From positions 1-38,769 of the forward strand of contig JAQBGU010000136.1 in assembly GCA_032128375.1 (NCBI GenBank): 38,769 nt of DNA. Reading direction: 5' to 3'. The translations under genes were made by a program, and so were the position numbers. Shown here one piece after another: positions 27,712 to 36,279 of the stretch. The first letter of the stretch is position 1, and the number at the start of each line of letters is the position of its first letter. The notes beneath the pieces were generated by a model that saw only the letters and a program-made list of their open reading frames with translations, was not told where the DNA came from and searched no databases. This stretch comes from Deltaproteobacteria bacterium. GTDB taxonomy: Bacteria > Myxococcota_A > UBA9160 > SMWR01.

Positions 27712-28599
27712 ATGGGTTTATTCGCCGCATCGCGGGGTTGGGTGGTTGCATTGATCTTCCCGGCTAATCGCGTGACAATCGTCGGCATATTGAATGCGAC
27801 GCCCGATTCATTCTCGGATGGTGGGCTGCTGTTGGGCGAAGGAGGGGGCGTGGACGTCGACCGGGCTATCGGTGTTGCTGCGCGCCTGATCGCCGAAGGT
27901 GTCCACATTCTCGATATTGGCGGCGAGTCGACTCGCCCCGGAGCCGTCGAGGTGCCGGTAGCCGCTGAGATCGATCGCACTGCAACGATTGTCGAAGCCA
28001 TCGCGAAGCGCTTCGATGTGCCCGTCTCGATCGATACCCGAAAACGCGACGTGGCACGGGCCGCGCTGTCGGTTGGGGCGACGATCGTGAACGATGTATC
28101 GGGACTGCGTTTCGATCCAACGCTGGCCGATACGGTCAGCGACGCGGGGGCAGGGCTCATTCTGGGCCACCTGCGCGGTACGCCGGAAACGATGCAGGAC
28201 GAGCCGCACTTCGATGACGTGTGCTTCGAGGTTGCCCAGGAGCTGGCGGAATCGGTTGCCATCGCGCACGCCGCGGGAATGTCCGACGAACAGCTTGCGG
28301 TCGACCCCGGAATCGGGTTTGGCAAGCGGCTTTCAGACAATCTGGCGCTACTCGCCAACCCGGCCGATCTGCGCGCTCGTCTCGGCTTGCCGGTGTTGGT
28401 GGGGCCGTCGCGCAAGGGGTTTCTCGGCAGCCTGACCGGCGCTCCAGTAGCGGGTCGTGATCAGGCCACCGCGGCAGCCTGCGCGGTGGCGGTGTTTGCC
28501 GGGGCCGATGCCGTCCGTGTCCACGATGTCGCGGGGGCCGTTCGAGCCGTGGCCGTGGCCTCAGCGCTGCGCGCGGCCCGGAAGGAAGGTTTTGGTTGA
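27712..28599 (+). CDS. folP: Dihydropteroate synthase
   Basis: GILNATPDSFSDGG, DIGGESTRPG, SIDT, NDVSG, DPGIGFGK, SRKGF, RVHDV. Start is ATG 27712 or TTG 27751. Confidence 0.95.
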   Translation: MGLFAASRGWVVALIFPANRVTIVGILNATPDSFSDGGLLLGEGGGVDVDRAIGVAARLIAEGVHILDIGGESTRPGAVEVPVAAEIDRTATIVEAIAKRFDVPVSIDTRKRDVARAALSVGATIVNDVSGLRFDPTLADTVSDAGAGLILGHLRGTPETMQDEPHFDDVCFEVAQELAESVAIAHAAGMSDEQLAVDPGIGFGKRLSDNLALLANPADLRARLGLPVLVGPSRKGFLGSLTGAPVAGRDQATAAACAVAVFAGADAVRVHDVAGAVRAVAVASALRAARKEGFG

Positions 28600-29561
28600 T
28601 TGAGTTCCTCTATCAACTTTGGGTCGAGATGGTGGGCTACATCACCACCAACTTCGATCCATTGCGCGATACGCTCGATATCTTTTTGGTGGCGCTAGGC
28701 GTTTACTGGCTGCTGCTGCTGATTCGCGGCACTCGCGCCTTTCAGATTCTAGGCGGCGTAGTCGTGCTGATGTCGGCCGGCCTGGCGTCTGAGATCTTTC
28801 AATTGGTCACGCTGGGGCGAATCCTCGAAGCGCTGACCGCTCCGGGGTTGATCATCATCGTCGTGCTGTTCCAGCACGACATTCGTCGTGCGTTGGCGCG
28901 CGTGGGGCGCGGATTCTTCCCGTCAGTTTCCGTTCAGGAAGAGACGCAGATGCTCGAGGAGGTGATTCGTGCTGCCCAGGCGCTCGCACAGAAGCGCATC
29001 GGCGCATTGATCGTGCTCGAACGGGAGATTCACCTCAATGAGCAGATCGAATCCGGGACTGCGCTCGATGCCACCGTATCGAAGGATCTGCTGATCTCAT
29101 TGTTCATCCCGCTTTCACCGCTTCACGACGGTGCTGTGGTGATTCAGAACGGACGCCTGGCTTACGCCGGCTGCATCCTTCCGTTGACGCTCAACGACAA
29201 CCTGCCCGAGGGAGTTGGCACCCGTCACCGCGCCGCTGTTGGAATCACGGAAGAAACCGACGCTGTCGTGATCGTCGTCTCGGAAGAGACGGCGTCGATC
29301 TCGGTGGTCGTCGGCGGCGTGATGACTGGCGATCTCGATGGACCGAAACTCCGCGGACAACTGCGCGAAGCTCTCAGCGGCAAGGGCGGCGATCAGAGCG
29401 AATCGAGCGAGACGGATCAGACCACTGAATCGATTGCGGAAGGCGCATCACCGCCGTCTCGGTCGGGGGAACAACGCGAGACGATTCCGCTTCGCGGCGG
29501 CGACGTGGTGCACCCTGCCAGCGCGGATGCCCCACCGCGGCGCATCGGGTCGCTGTCGTAG
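28596..29561 (+). CDS. cdaA: Diadenylate cyclase CdaA (DacA)
   Basis: Three TM helices, FQHDIRRAL, GALIV, PLHDGAV, GTRHRAA, VSEETA. Confidence 0.95.
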   Translation: MIEFLYQLWVEMVGYITTNFDPLRDTLDIFLVALGVYWLLLLIRGTRAFQILGGVVVLMSAGLASEIFQLVTLGRILEALTAPGLIIIVVLFQHDIRRALARVGRGFFPSVSVQEETQMLEEVIRAAQALAQKRIGALIVLEREIHLNEQIESGTALDATVSKDLLISLFIPLSPLHDGAVVIQNGRLAYAGCILPLTLNDNLPEGVGTRHRAAVGITEETDAVVIVVSEETASISVVVGGVMTGDLDGPKLRGQLREALSGKGGDQSESSETDQTTESIAEGASPPSRSGEQRETIPLRGGDVVHPASADAPPRRIGSLS

Positions 29562-29563
29562 CG

Positions 29564-30232
29564 ATGGGAAAGTTTCATTTCGGATACGCGCTGCTGGCTT
29601 TGGCCATTTCCTCGATGATGTGGGCGTTCTCGCACGGTTCGTCGAAGATCGAGCGCAGCTACGACATTCCTGTGGTGTTTCACGGCGTCCCCGAATCCCT
29701 CGTGATCGTCGACCAGAGCACCACGGTGGTGAATATCCGCGTACTCGGGCCGCGTGCCGCACACCGCGATATCTCTCCCACCAAGATGGAATATCGGCTG
29801 AATCTGGAGGGCGCCAAGCCCGGCCCGGCCGTATTCGAGGTCGACGAGACGCTACTCGAGATGCCCTCGGGAGCTCGGATTCTCAGTCGATCGCCCAATC
29901 GGATCGATGTCGCGTTCGAGGCTCGGTCCCGAAAGTCCGTTCAGATCAGCGCCGACGTGTCGGGACTCCCGGCGCCGGGCTTCGTGATGGCCGCTGTCGA
30001 AATCTCACCGCCGAGAGTGTGGCTCGCGGGCGCCCGCAGTGATGTCCTCAGGCTCCGTCAGGTGGTAACCGAAACAGTCGATGTGAATGGTGCGATCGAG
30101 TCGCTAAAACGGGAGGTTCGACTCTCGTTGAGCGCTGGGCACGTCTGGGTCGACCAGGATGAGCCCATCACCATCCGAGTCCAGATCGATCCGGTCGCTG
30201 CCGATCCCATCGCCGTCGAGGAGAACGAATGA
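29564..30232 (+). CDS. cdaR: CdaR (YbbR-like) regulator of CdaA
   Basis: N-terminal anchor [13 protein letters not shown], two YbbR-like beta repeats; located between cdaA and glmM. Confidence 0.8.
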   Translation: MGKFHFGYALLALAISSMMWAFSHGSSKIERSYDIPVVFHGVPESLVIVDQSTTVVNIRVLGPRAAHRDISPTKMEYRLNLEGAKPGPAVFEVDETLLEMPSGARILSRSPNRIDVAFEARSRKSVQISADVSGLPAPGFVMAAVEISPPRVWLAGARSDVLRLRQVVTETVDVNGAIESLKREVRLSLSAGHVWVDQDEPITIRVQIDPVAADPIAVEENE

Positions 30233-31590
30233 CTGAGAATCGACTGTTTGGAACCGATGGGATTCGCGGCAAGGCCAACACCTACCCGATGACCGCCGAG
30301 ATGGCGCTGTCACTGGGGCAGGCCATTGCGCATGTGTTCCGTCGGCCGGGCCCCCAGCGGCAGCGGATCATCATCGGAAAGGACACCCGCTTGTCGGGAT
30401 ACCTGTTCGAAGACGCGCTGGCAGCTGGAATTTGCTCGATGGGTGTGGATGTGATCCAGGTTGGGCCGATGCCGACGCCTGGCATGGCCTTCCTGACCGC
30501 CGATATGAGATGCCATGCGGGTGTCATGATCAGTGCGAGCCACAACCCGTACTACGACAACGGAATCAAGTTTTTCTCGAGCGATGGCTACAAATTGCCC
30601 GACGAAATCGAGTGCAGGATCGAATCTCTGATCGCCTCCGGAGAACTCGCCTCACAGGTGGCAAATGCGGATGAGATTGGCCGTGCGAAGAGAATAGGCG
30701 ACGAAACCGGCCGCTACGTCGTGTTCTTGAAGAAGACCTTTCCGATCGAGCTGTCGCTCGATGGGATGCGCGTCGTTCTCGACTGCGCAAATGGCGCCGC
30801 ATACAAGGTCGGCCCAACGGTGCTCGAAGAACTGGGTGCCGAAGTGTTCACGATGGGTGTCGAACCCAACGGTCGAAACATCAACGATGGCTGCGGCTCG
30901 CTGTATCCCGAGCGGGTCGCTGCGAAGGTCCGCGAGCTTCGTGCGGATGTCGGGATCGCGCTCGATGGCGATGCGGACCGCGTCGTCCTGGTCGATCAGA
31001 AGGGCGATATCACCGACGGCGACCAGCTGCTGGCGATCAATGCACGAGACATGGTCGAGCGCGGCGCGCTCAAAGGGGGCAAGGTCGTCGCAACGGTGAT
31101 GAGCAACTTGGGCCTGGAGAAGTCTCTCGAACGGATCGGGGTCGAACTGATTCGTACGCAGGTGGGCGATCGCCATGTCGTAGAGGCGATGCGCAAAGAC
31201 GGTTTCAATCTGGGTGGCGAGCAGTCGGGCCACATCATCTTCCTGGACCACAATACCACGGGCGATGGTCTGATCACCGCACTGCAAGTGCTAGCGATCA
31301 TGCGGCGGAAGGATCAAACGCTCTCCGAGTTGACGAGCGATTTCGTCCGGTTCCCGCAGACGCTCGTGAACGTGAATGTGGCAAACAAGAAGCCGATCGA
31401 AAGTCTCCCTGAGTTTTCCGAAGAGGTGCGCCGCATCGAAAAGGAGCTCAATGGACGTGGGCGGGTATTGATCCGCTACAGCGGAACGGAACCCAAAGCC
31501 CGCATCATGGTGGAAGGGGAAGATGAGGCGCAGGTGAAAGAGTTCGCCAACGAACTCGCGTATGGCTTGAAGCGCGCGTTGGGGGGGTGA
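30229..31590 (+). CDS. glmM: Phosphoglucosamine mutase
   Basis: [44 protein letters not shown]. Confidence 0.97.
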   Translation: MTENRLFGTDGIRGKANTYPMTAEMALSLGQAIAHVFRRPGPQRQRIIIGKDTRLSGYLFEDALAAGICSMGVDVIQVGPMPTPGMAFLTADMRCHAGVMISASHNPYYDNGIKFFSSDGYKLPDEIECRIESLIASGELASQVANADEIGRAKRIGDETGRYVVFLKKTFPIELSLDGMRVVLDCANGAAYKVGPTVLEELGAEVFTMGVEPNGRNINDGCGSLYPERVAAKVRELRADVGIALDGDADRVVLVDQKGDITDGDQLLAINARDMVERGALKGGKVVATVMSNLGLEKSLERIGVELIRTQVGDRHVVEAMRKDGFNLGGEQSGHIIFLDHNTTGDGLITALQVLAIMRRKDQTLSELTSDFVRFPQTLVNVNVANKKPIESLPEFSEEVRRIEKELNGRGRVLIRYSGTEPKARIMVEGEDEAQVKEFANELAYGLKRALGG

Positions 31591-31594
31591 AGTC

Positions 31595-32344
31595 TTGCAT
31601 CTGGTCTTTGAACTCGACGCGCTGGCCGCGCTGCGCCAAGCGACCGGAGCCGACATGGATCTGGCCGCTGCTGCGACACTTGCAGAACTCGCCGGTGTAG
31701 ATGCAGTTCGTCTCGGAATCGATGATGCGCTGAAGCCCGTCACCGAACACGATGTGAGCGAGGTGCGACGCTCAGTGCCTGGCTTCGAGCTTCGCATGCC
31801 GCTCAATCCCGGCCTGGTCAAGATCGCACTCCAAGCGCGACCCGATCGCGTGCTGTTGGCGGCTGGCGCCCGAGAAGGACTGGACGGATTTTCGTCTGTT
31901 GGAATGGCTGGACGCGCGCTCGACCTGGGAAGCGGAAGAGGTGACGCGAAGGGTGGAAACCGAAGCCGGCTGGCGACTGTCATGCGTCCGCTCGCGGAGG
32001 CCGGGATCGAAACATGGCTGCGGATCGCACCTCGCATGGATGCGGTGAAAGCCGCACACGTCGAGGGTGCGCCCGGTGTCGAAATTTTCACCGGAGGCAT
32101 CGTAGACCTGCCTCGCGCCGAACGCGATACGGAACTCGAAGCACTGCGCGAAGCGGTTCGGCTGGCGTCGAAGTTGGGCATGTCGATTGGGCTCGGTGGA
32201 GGTCTCGGCTATCGGACTGTGTCCGAAATGCTCGAGGGTGCACCGGCGGTCAGTAGCGTCGCCGTCGGGCGCGAGATCGTGTCGCGGGCGATTCTGGTTG
32301 GCCTGGACCGGGCGCTGCGAGACTGGAAGAAGCTGCTCGCGTGA
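31595..32344 (+). CDS. pdxJ: PdxJ (pyridoxine 5'-phosphate synthase) homologue with a degenerate active site
   Basis: Syntenic (glmM-pdxJ-acpS). Fold-level similarity: LRQA, LAELAG.D, LAEAGI, KAA...GAP.VEI.TG, A.KLG...G.GL.Y, G..IV.RA...GL..A....K.LL. Catalytic motifs are replaced (see findings). Confidence 0.8.
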   Translation: MHLVFELDALAALRQATGADMDLAAAATLAELAGVDAVRLGIDDALKPVTEHDVSEVRRSVPGFELRMPLNPGLVKIALQARPDRVLLAAGAREGLDGFSSVGMAGRALDLGSGRGDAKGGNRSRLATVMRPLAEAGIETWLRIAPRMDAVKAAHVEGAPGVEIFTGGIVDLPRAERDTELEALREAVRLASKLGMSIGLGGGLGYRTVSEMLEGAPAVSSVAVGREIVSRAILVGLDRALRDWKKLLA

Positions 32345-32730
32345 TTGTCGGCCTCGGAGTCGAGGTGGTCGATACCGCTCGTTTCGAAGCCGCGCTCGAT
32401 CGATTTGGAGAACGCATGCGGGAGCGCTTGTTCACCGCCGACGAACGCGCCTATTCGGGCCGTTCCAGTTCAGGTCGAACAGCCCGAGGCTCGCACAGTC
32501 TCGCGGTGCGGTTCGCCGCGAAGCTGGCAACGCGCCGGGCGCTGAATGCACCGGCGCTTGATTGGCGGGACATCGAAGTGATCCGCGCCGGGCAGGGCCC
32601 CCCGACACTGTTGCTGCGCGGGGCCGCAAAACAGCTTGCGCGATCGCTCAGTGTCGAGCAGATCGCGCTGACCCTGACTCATGATGCCCGGTGGTGTATC
32701 GGCCAGGTGATCCTGGAGTCCAGCGCGTGA
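32341..32730 (+). CDS. acpS: AcpS (holo-ACP synthase) homologue with substituted catalytic residues
   Basis: MIVGLGVEVVDTARF, LFT.DE..Y, LAVRFAAKLA, WRDIEV, P.L.L.G, LTLTHD; syntenic position. Confidence 0.85.
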   Translation: MIVGLGVEVVDTARFEAALDRFGERMRERLFTADERAYSGRSSSGRTARGSHSLAVRFAAKLATRRALNAPALDWRDIEVIRAGQGPPTLLLRGAAKQLARSLSVEQIALTLTHDARWCIGQVILESSA

Positions 32731-34400
32731 GTGTGCTCGAGACCCGCGTCGCACAGGGATGGCCGCTGGTCACCGCAATCGAAATGCGTGCACTCGATCG
32801 GTACACGATCGAGACGCTCGGCGTCCCCGGTGACCTGCTGATGGAATCGGCTGGTCGAGCGATCGCGCACGAGGTCTTGCGCTGGCTGGATCCGGGCGCC
32901 GAGGTCGTCATCGTCTGCGGCCCGGGCAATAACGGAGGCGACGGCCTGGTCGCTTCCCGCCACCTCCATTTATTGGGGGTCCGCGTGCGCGTCGCGCTGC
33001 TCGCGGAGCCGAGCCAGCTCGCCGGTGACGCGGCGCGAAACTGGGAACGTTCGCGCGCAGCCGGCGTTTCAATCGAGGGTCATAGTTGGTTGCCGCCGAG
33101 CGCGGGCGTCATTGTCGACGCGGTGTTCGGCACGGGCTTGTCGCGCGACGTCGAAGAGCCGATCGCGAACTCGCTGGTGCGGATCAATGCTTGTCGACAG
33201 GCAGGGCGTACGGCGATCATTGCGGTGGATCTGCCATCAGGGTTGTGTTCGGATACTGGAGCTGTGCTGGGGACAGCAGTCGTTGCCGACACCACGGTGG
33301 TGCTGGGTCTGCCGAAGCTCGGGCTTGCGCTGGAACCCGCGCGCAGCCGCGCAGGCCGCGTGGTAATTGCCAGGATCGGGATTGCAGATGCCGCGCCGGA
33401 CGTAACGCCACGCGCCGAGTTGTGGACGAGGTCGACCGCTGGTCAAAACCTTCCGGTGCGAGCGCGCGCCGGCCACAAGGGCACATTCGGACACGCGTTG
33501 ATCGTTGCCGGTTCGCAGGGGAAGACCGGCGCGGCTGCACTGGCGGCCATTGGCGCTGCCCGGGCGGGTGCTGGGTTGGTAACGCTCGCGTGCCCAGCGG
33601 GCTTGAACGATATCCTCGAGATCAAGTGCACCGAGGCAATGACCGTACCCGTTCCCGATACGCAGCAGCGCGGGTTCGCGGCTGGCGCGACCGAAGCGGT
33701 CGTGGCGCTGGCGGCAACCCGCGGCGCGGTGGGTCTCGGTCCGGGCGTGGGGCGCAGCGTCGAGACCCAGCAATTTGTCACGGAACTTGCGAAGCGGCTC
33801 GAGCTGCCGCTGGTGATCGATGCCGATGGGCTGTTCCCGTTTGCGGCGAAATTGGAATGGCTTGCGGCGCGGACGGCGCCAACCCTGCTCACCCCGCACC
33901 CCGGGGAAGCCGCCCACCTGCTCGGCGTCGCAGTGGCCGACATCAACCGCGATCGGCCGGGCATGGCGCGCCGGCTGGCGGAACGAACCGGCGCCATCGT
34001 CGCCATCAAGGGAGCCGCGACAGCCATTGCCGCTCCGGACGGACGATTGGCGATCAACCCGACGGGCGGGCCGGCACTCGCCGCGGGCGGCACTGGGGAT
34101 GTCTTGCTCGGCCTGGTCACGGCTCTGCTCGTCCAGGGCCTCGCGCCGTTCGAGGCGATGGTCGCGGCGGTATTCGTACACGGCGCTGCCGCCGATCGGC
34201 TGGCGGAGCACACGGGGTCGTCTGGAATGCTGGCCAGCGATCTGGCTTCGGAGCTTCCCGCTACGATGAAGTGGCTGCGCGAGTGCACAGAAAGTGCGAC
34301 CCGCAGCTTTTCCCGTACCCCGTCCAGTACCCCGTCGCGCGCGAAGACGGGGCCCGATCCGCTGATGGGTGGCCTTGCAGTTTCATTCCCAGAACCCTGA
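32727..34400 (+). CDS. nnr: Bifunctional NAD(P)H-hydrate epimerase/dehydratase (YjeF)
   Basis: EMRALD, LMESAG, CGPGNNGGDG, VDAVFGTG, VDLPSG, HKGTFG, VIDADG, TPHPGE, GGTGDVL; GTG 32727 overlaps the acpS stop. Confidence 0.95.
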   Translation: MSVLETRVAQGWPLVTAIEMRALDRYTIETLGVPGDLLMESAGRAIAHEVLRWLDPGAEVVIVCGPGNNGGDGLVASRHLHLLGVRVRVALLAEPSQLAGDAARNWERSRAAGVSIEGHSWLPPSAGVIVDAVFGTGLSRDVEEPIANSLVRINACRQAGRTAIIAVDLPSGLCSDTGAVLGTAVVADTTVVLGLPKLGLALEPARSRAGRVVIARIGIADAAPDVTPRAELWTRSTAGQNLPVRARAGHKGTFGHALIVAGSQGKTGAAALAAIGAARAGAGLVTLACPAGLNDILEIKCTEAMTVPVPDTQQRGFAAGATEAVVALAATRGAVGLGPGVGRSVETQQFVTELAKRLELPLVIDADGLFPFAAKLEWLAARTAPTLLTPHPGEAAHLLGVAVADINRDRPGMARRLAERTGAIVAIKGAATAIAAPDGRLAINPTGGPALAAGGTGDVLLGLVTALLVQGLAPFEAMVAAVFVHGAAADRLAEHTGSSGMLASDLASELPATMKWLRECTESATRSFSRTPSSTPSRAKTGPDPLMGGLAVSFPEP

Positions 34401-34896
34401 ATCCACGCAGCGCGCGGCGATGCGATTGGCGACCGTGATGCCCGAGGCCGGTTTGTTGGTGGTGCTCAGCGGGCCTCTGGGCGCCGGCAAGACCGTCTTC
34501 GCAAAAGGCCTGGGCGCGGGGCTCGGGATCCCACCCGAGCAGGTCACGAGCCCCACGTTCGCGATCTGCAACGAGTACGCTGCGCCGGACGGGCGCCGGC
34601 TCGCTCACGCAGACGGCTACCGCCTGTCGAACGTTCGCGAACTCGAAGACGCAGGCTTCCTGGACTGGTTGGTGGCTGGAACGCTGGTGGCTCTCGAGTG
34701 GGGGGAACGGTTCGCAGCCGCGCTGCCGGCGGATCGGCTCGAAGTCGCGCTTTCCCGGTTGGCGGATGCAGATCGAACCACCCAGCGGCGCCTAAAAGCG
34801 GTAGCATTGGGGCGCACTTCGCGCGCAGTGTTGCGAGACTGGGAGAGTCAGCTGTTGGCGGACTACGAACTGGACTTCACTCCAGCAATGGAATGA
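34369..34896 (+). CDS. tsaE: tRNA threonylcarbamoyladenosine biosynthesis ATPase TsaE
   Basis: LSGPLGAGKT, VTSPTF, HADGYRL, LEWGER. Confidence 0.92.
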   Translation: MALQFHSQNPESTQRAAMRLATVMPEAGLLVVLSGPLGAGKTVFAKGLGAGLGIPPEQVTSPTFAICNEYAAPDGRRLAHADGYRLSNVRELEDAGFLDWLVAGTLVALEWGERFAAALPADRLEVALSRLADADRTTQRRLKAVALGRTSRAVLRDWESQLLADYELDFTPAME

Positions 34897-35037
34897 CAGC
34901 GCGCGGGTATCCGTTTGCTCAGGAGTTCATTTCTTCGAGAGCAGCTATTCATCAGGGAGTAGCTGTTCGTCAACATCCACAGCACGCCTCGATCAAAGAT
35001 CCCCTACATCATAGAGCAGCATCAAGAGCAGCCTCCA

Positions 35038-36279
35038 TTGGCGATACTCGTTCAAAAATACGGTGGTACCAGCGTCGCTGACGCGGAGCGCATCCGCCAC
35101 GTCGCGGCTCGTGTGGTCGAGACGGTGCGCGCGGGAAATCGCGTCGCGGTGGTCGTATCGGCGATGGGCAGTGAGACGGACAGCTTGGTGGCACTGGCGA
35201 CCGAGTTGGGTGGTCCGGTGCCGCTCGCGCGCGAGTATGACGTTTTGCTGGCGACGGGCGAGCAAAAGACCATCGCGCTGCTGGCGATGGCGATTGACCT
35301 GCTGGGCTGCCGCGCACAGTCGTTCACCGGAATTCAGGCCGGTATTCAAACGGATACCAATCACCTCCGCGCGCGAATTCTCGAGATCGACTCGGACCGA
35401 ATTCTGCGCGCGCTCAATGACGGGGTCGTCGCCGTCATTGCCGGGTTTCAGGGCCACGACGATCAGGGCAATATCACGACACTCGGGCGAGGAGGTTCCG
35501 ATACCACCGCGGTGGCGGTGGCGGCGGCGATCGGCGCCGATGTGTGCGAAATCTACACCGACGTCGACGGGATCTTCACGGCCGACCCACGCACGGTTCC
35601 CGATGCGCGCAAGCTCGAGCGGATTTCGTACGACGAGATGATCGAACTCGCCAGCCTCGGTGCAAGGGTCCTGCAGACCCGCTCGGCGCGATTCGCGATG
35701 CGCTACAAGGTCCCCCTGCACGTGCGATCGTCATTCCATTCGGAACCGGGGACATGGGTCGTGAGCGAGGAGGAGGTCATGGAACGACTGGTTGTTTCGG
35801 GGGTCACCTACAACCGCGACGAAGCCAAGATTCAGGTGCCGGGCGTGAAGGATCATCCCGGCGTCGCCGCACGCCTCTTCACGCCGTTGTCAGAGGCGGG
35901 AATCGTCGTGGATATGATCATTCAAAATGTGTCGCATGACGGCACGACCGACCTGACGTTTTCCGTGCAGAGCGCTGGTTACGAACGCGCGATGGTGATT
36001 GCGCAACAGGTCGCCGATGAGATTGGTGCTGCCCAGGTCGAAGGCGATACCCATATCGCAAAGGTCTCGATCGTGGGGCTCGGCATGAAAGACCACGCCG
36101 GCGTCGCGGCAAAGATGTTCCAGGTACTCGCGGATGAGGGCATCAATATCCAGCTCATCTCGACCAGCGAGATCAAGGTCTCGGTCGTGATCGCAGAGAA
36201 GTACACTGAACTCGCGGTCCGTGCGTTGCATGCCGCGTTCGTTGACGATGGCGCAGCGCAACCGACCTCTGAGAGCTGA
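35038..36279 (+). CDS. lysC: Aspartate kinase (alpha/beta type, two ACT domains)
   Basis: VQKYGGTSV, VVSAMG, AGFQG, TTLGRGGSDTTA, YTDVDGIFTADP, ACT domains, STSEIK; TTG start. Confidence 0.97.
   Translation: MAILVQKYGGTSVADAERIRHVAARVVETVRAGNRVAVVVSAMGSETDSLVALATELGGPVPLAREYDVLLATGEQKTIALLAMAIDLLGCRAQSFTGIQAGIQTDTNHLRARILEIDSDRILRALNDGVVAVIAGFQGHDDQGNITTLGRGGSDTTAVAVAAAIGADVCEIYTDVDGIFTADPRTVPDARKLERISYDEMIELASLGARVLQTRSARFAMRYKVPLHVRSSFHSEPGTWVVSEEEVMERLVVSGVTYNRDEAKIQVPGVKDHPGVAARLFTPLSEAGIVVDMIIQNVSHDGTTDLTFSVQSAGYERAMVIAQQVADEIGAAQVEGDTHIAKVSIVGLGMKDHAGVAAKMFQVLADEGINIQLISTSEIKVSVVIAEKYTELAVRALHAAFVDDGAAQPTSES
35779..36279 (+). CDS. Probable aspartokinase beta subunit, from an in-frame internal start (Met248)
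   Basis: GAGGAGGAGG immediately precedes the in-frame ATG 35779 (MERLVVSG), at the start of the ACT region. Confidence 0.65.
   Translation: MERLVVSGVTYNRDEAKIQVPGVKDHPGVAARLFTPLSEAGIVVDMIIQNVSHDGTTDLTFSVQSAGYERAMVIAQQVADEIGAAQVEGDTHIAKVSIVGLGMKDHAGVAAKMFQVLADEGINIQLISTSEIKVSVVIAEKYTELAVRALHAAFVDDGAAQPTSES

Noticed and set aside
34897..35037. Lysine riboswitch or leader-peptide attenuator upstream of lysC
   Set aside because: The region is short for an L-box, I see none of its conserved elements, and there is no Lys/Thr-rich leader ORF.
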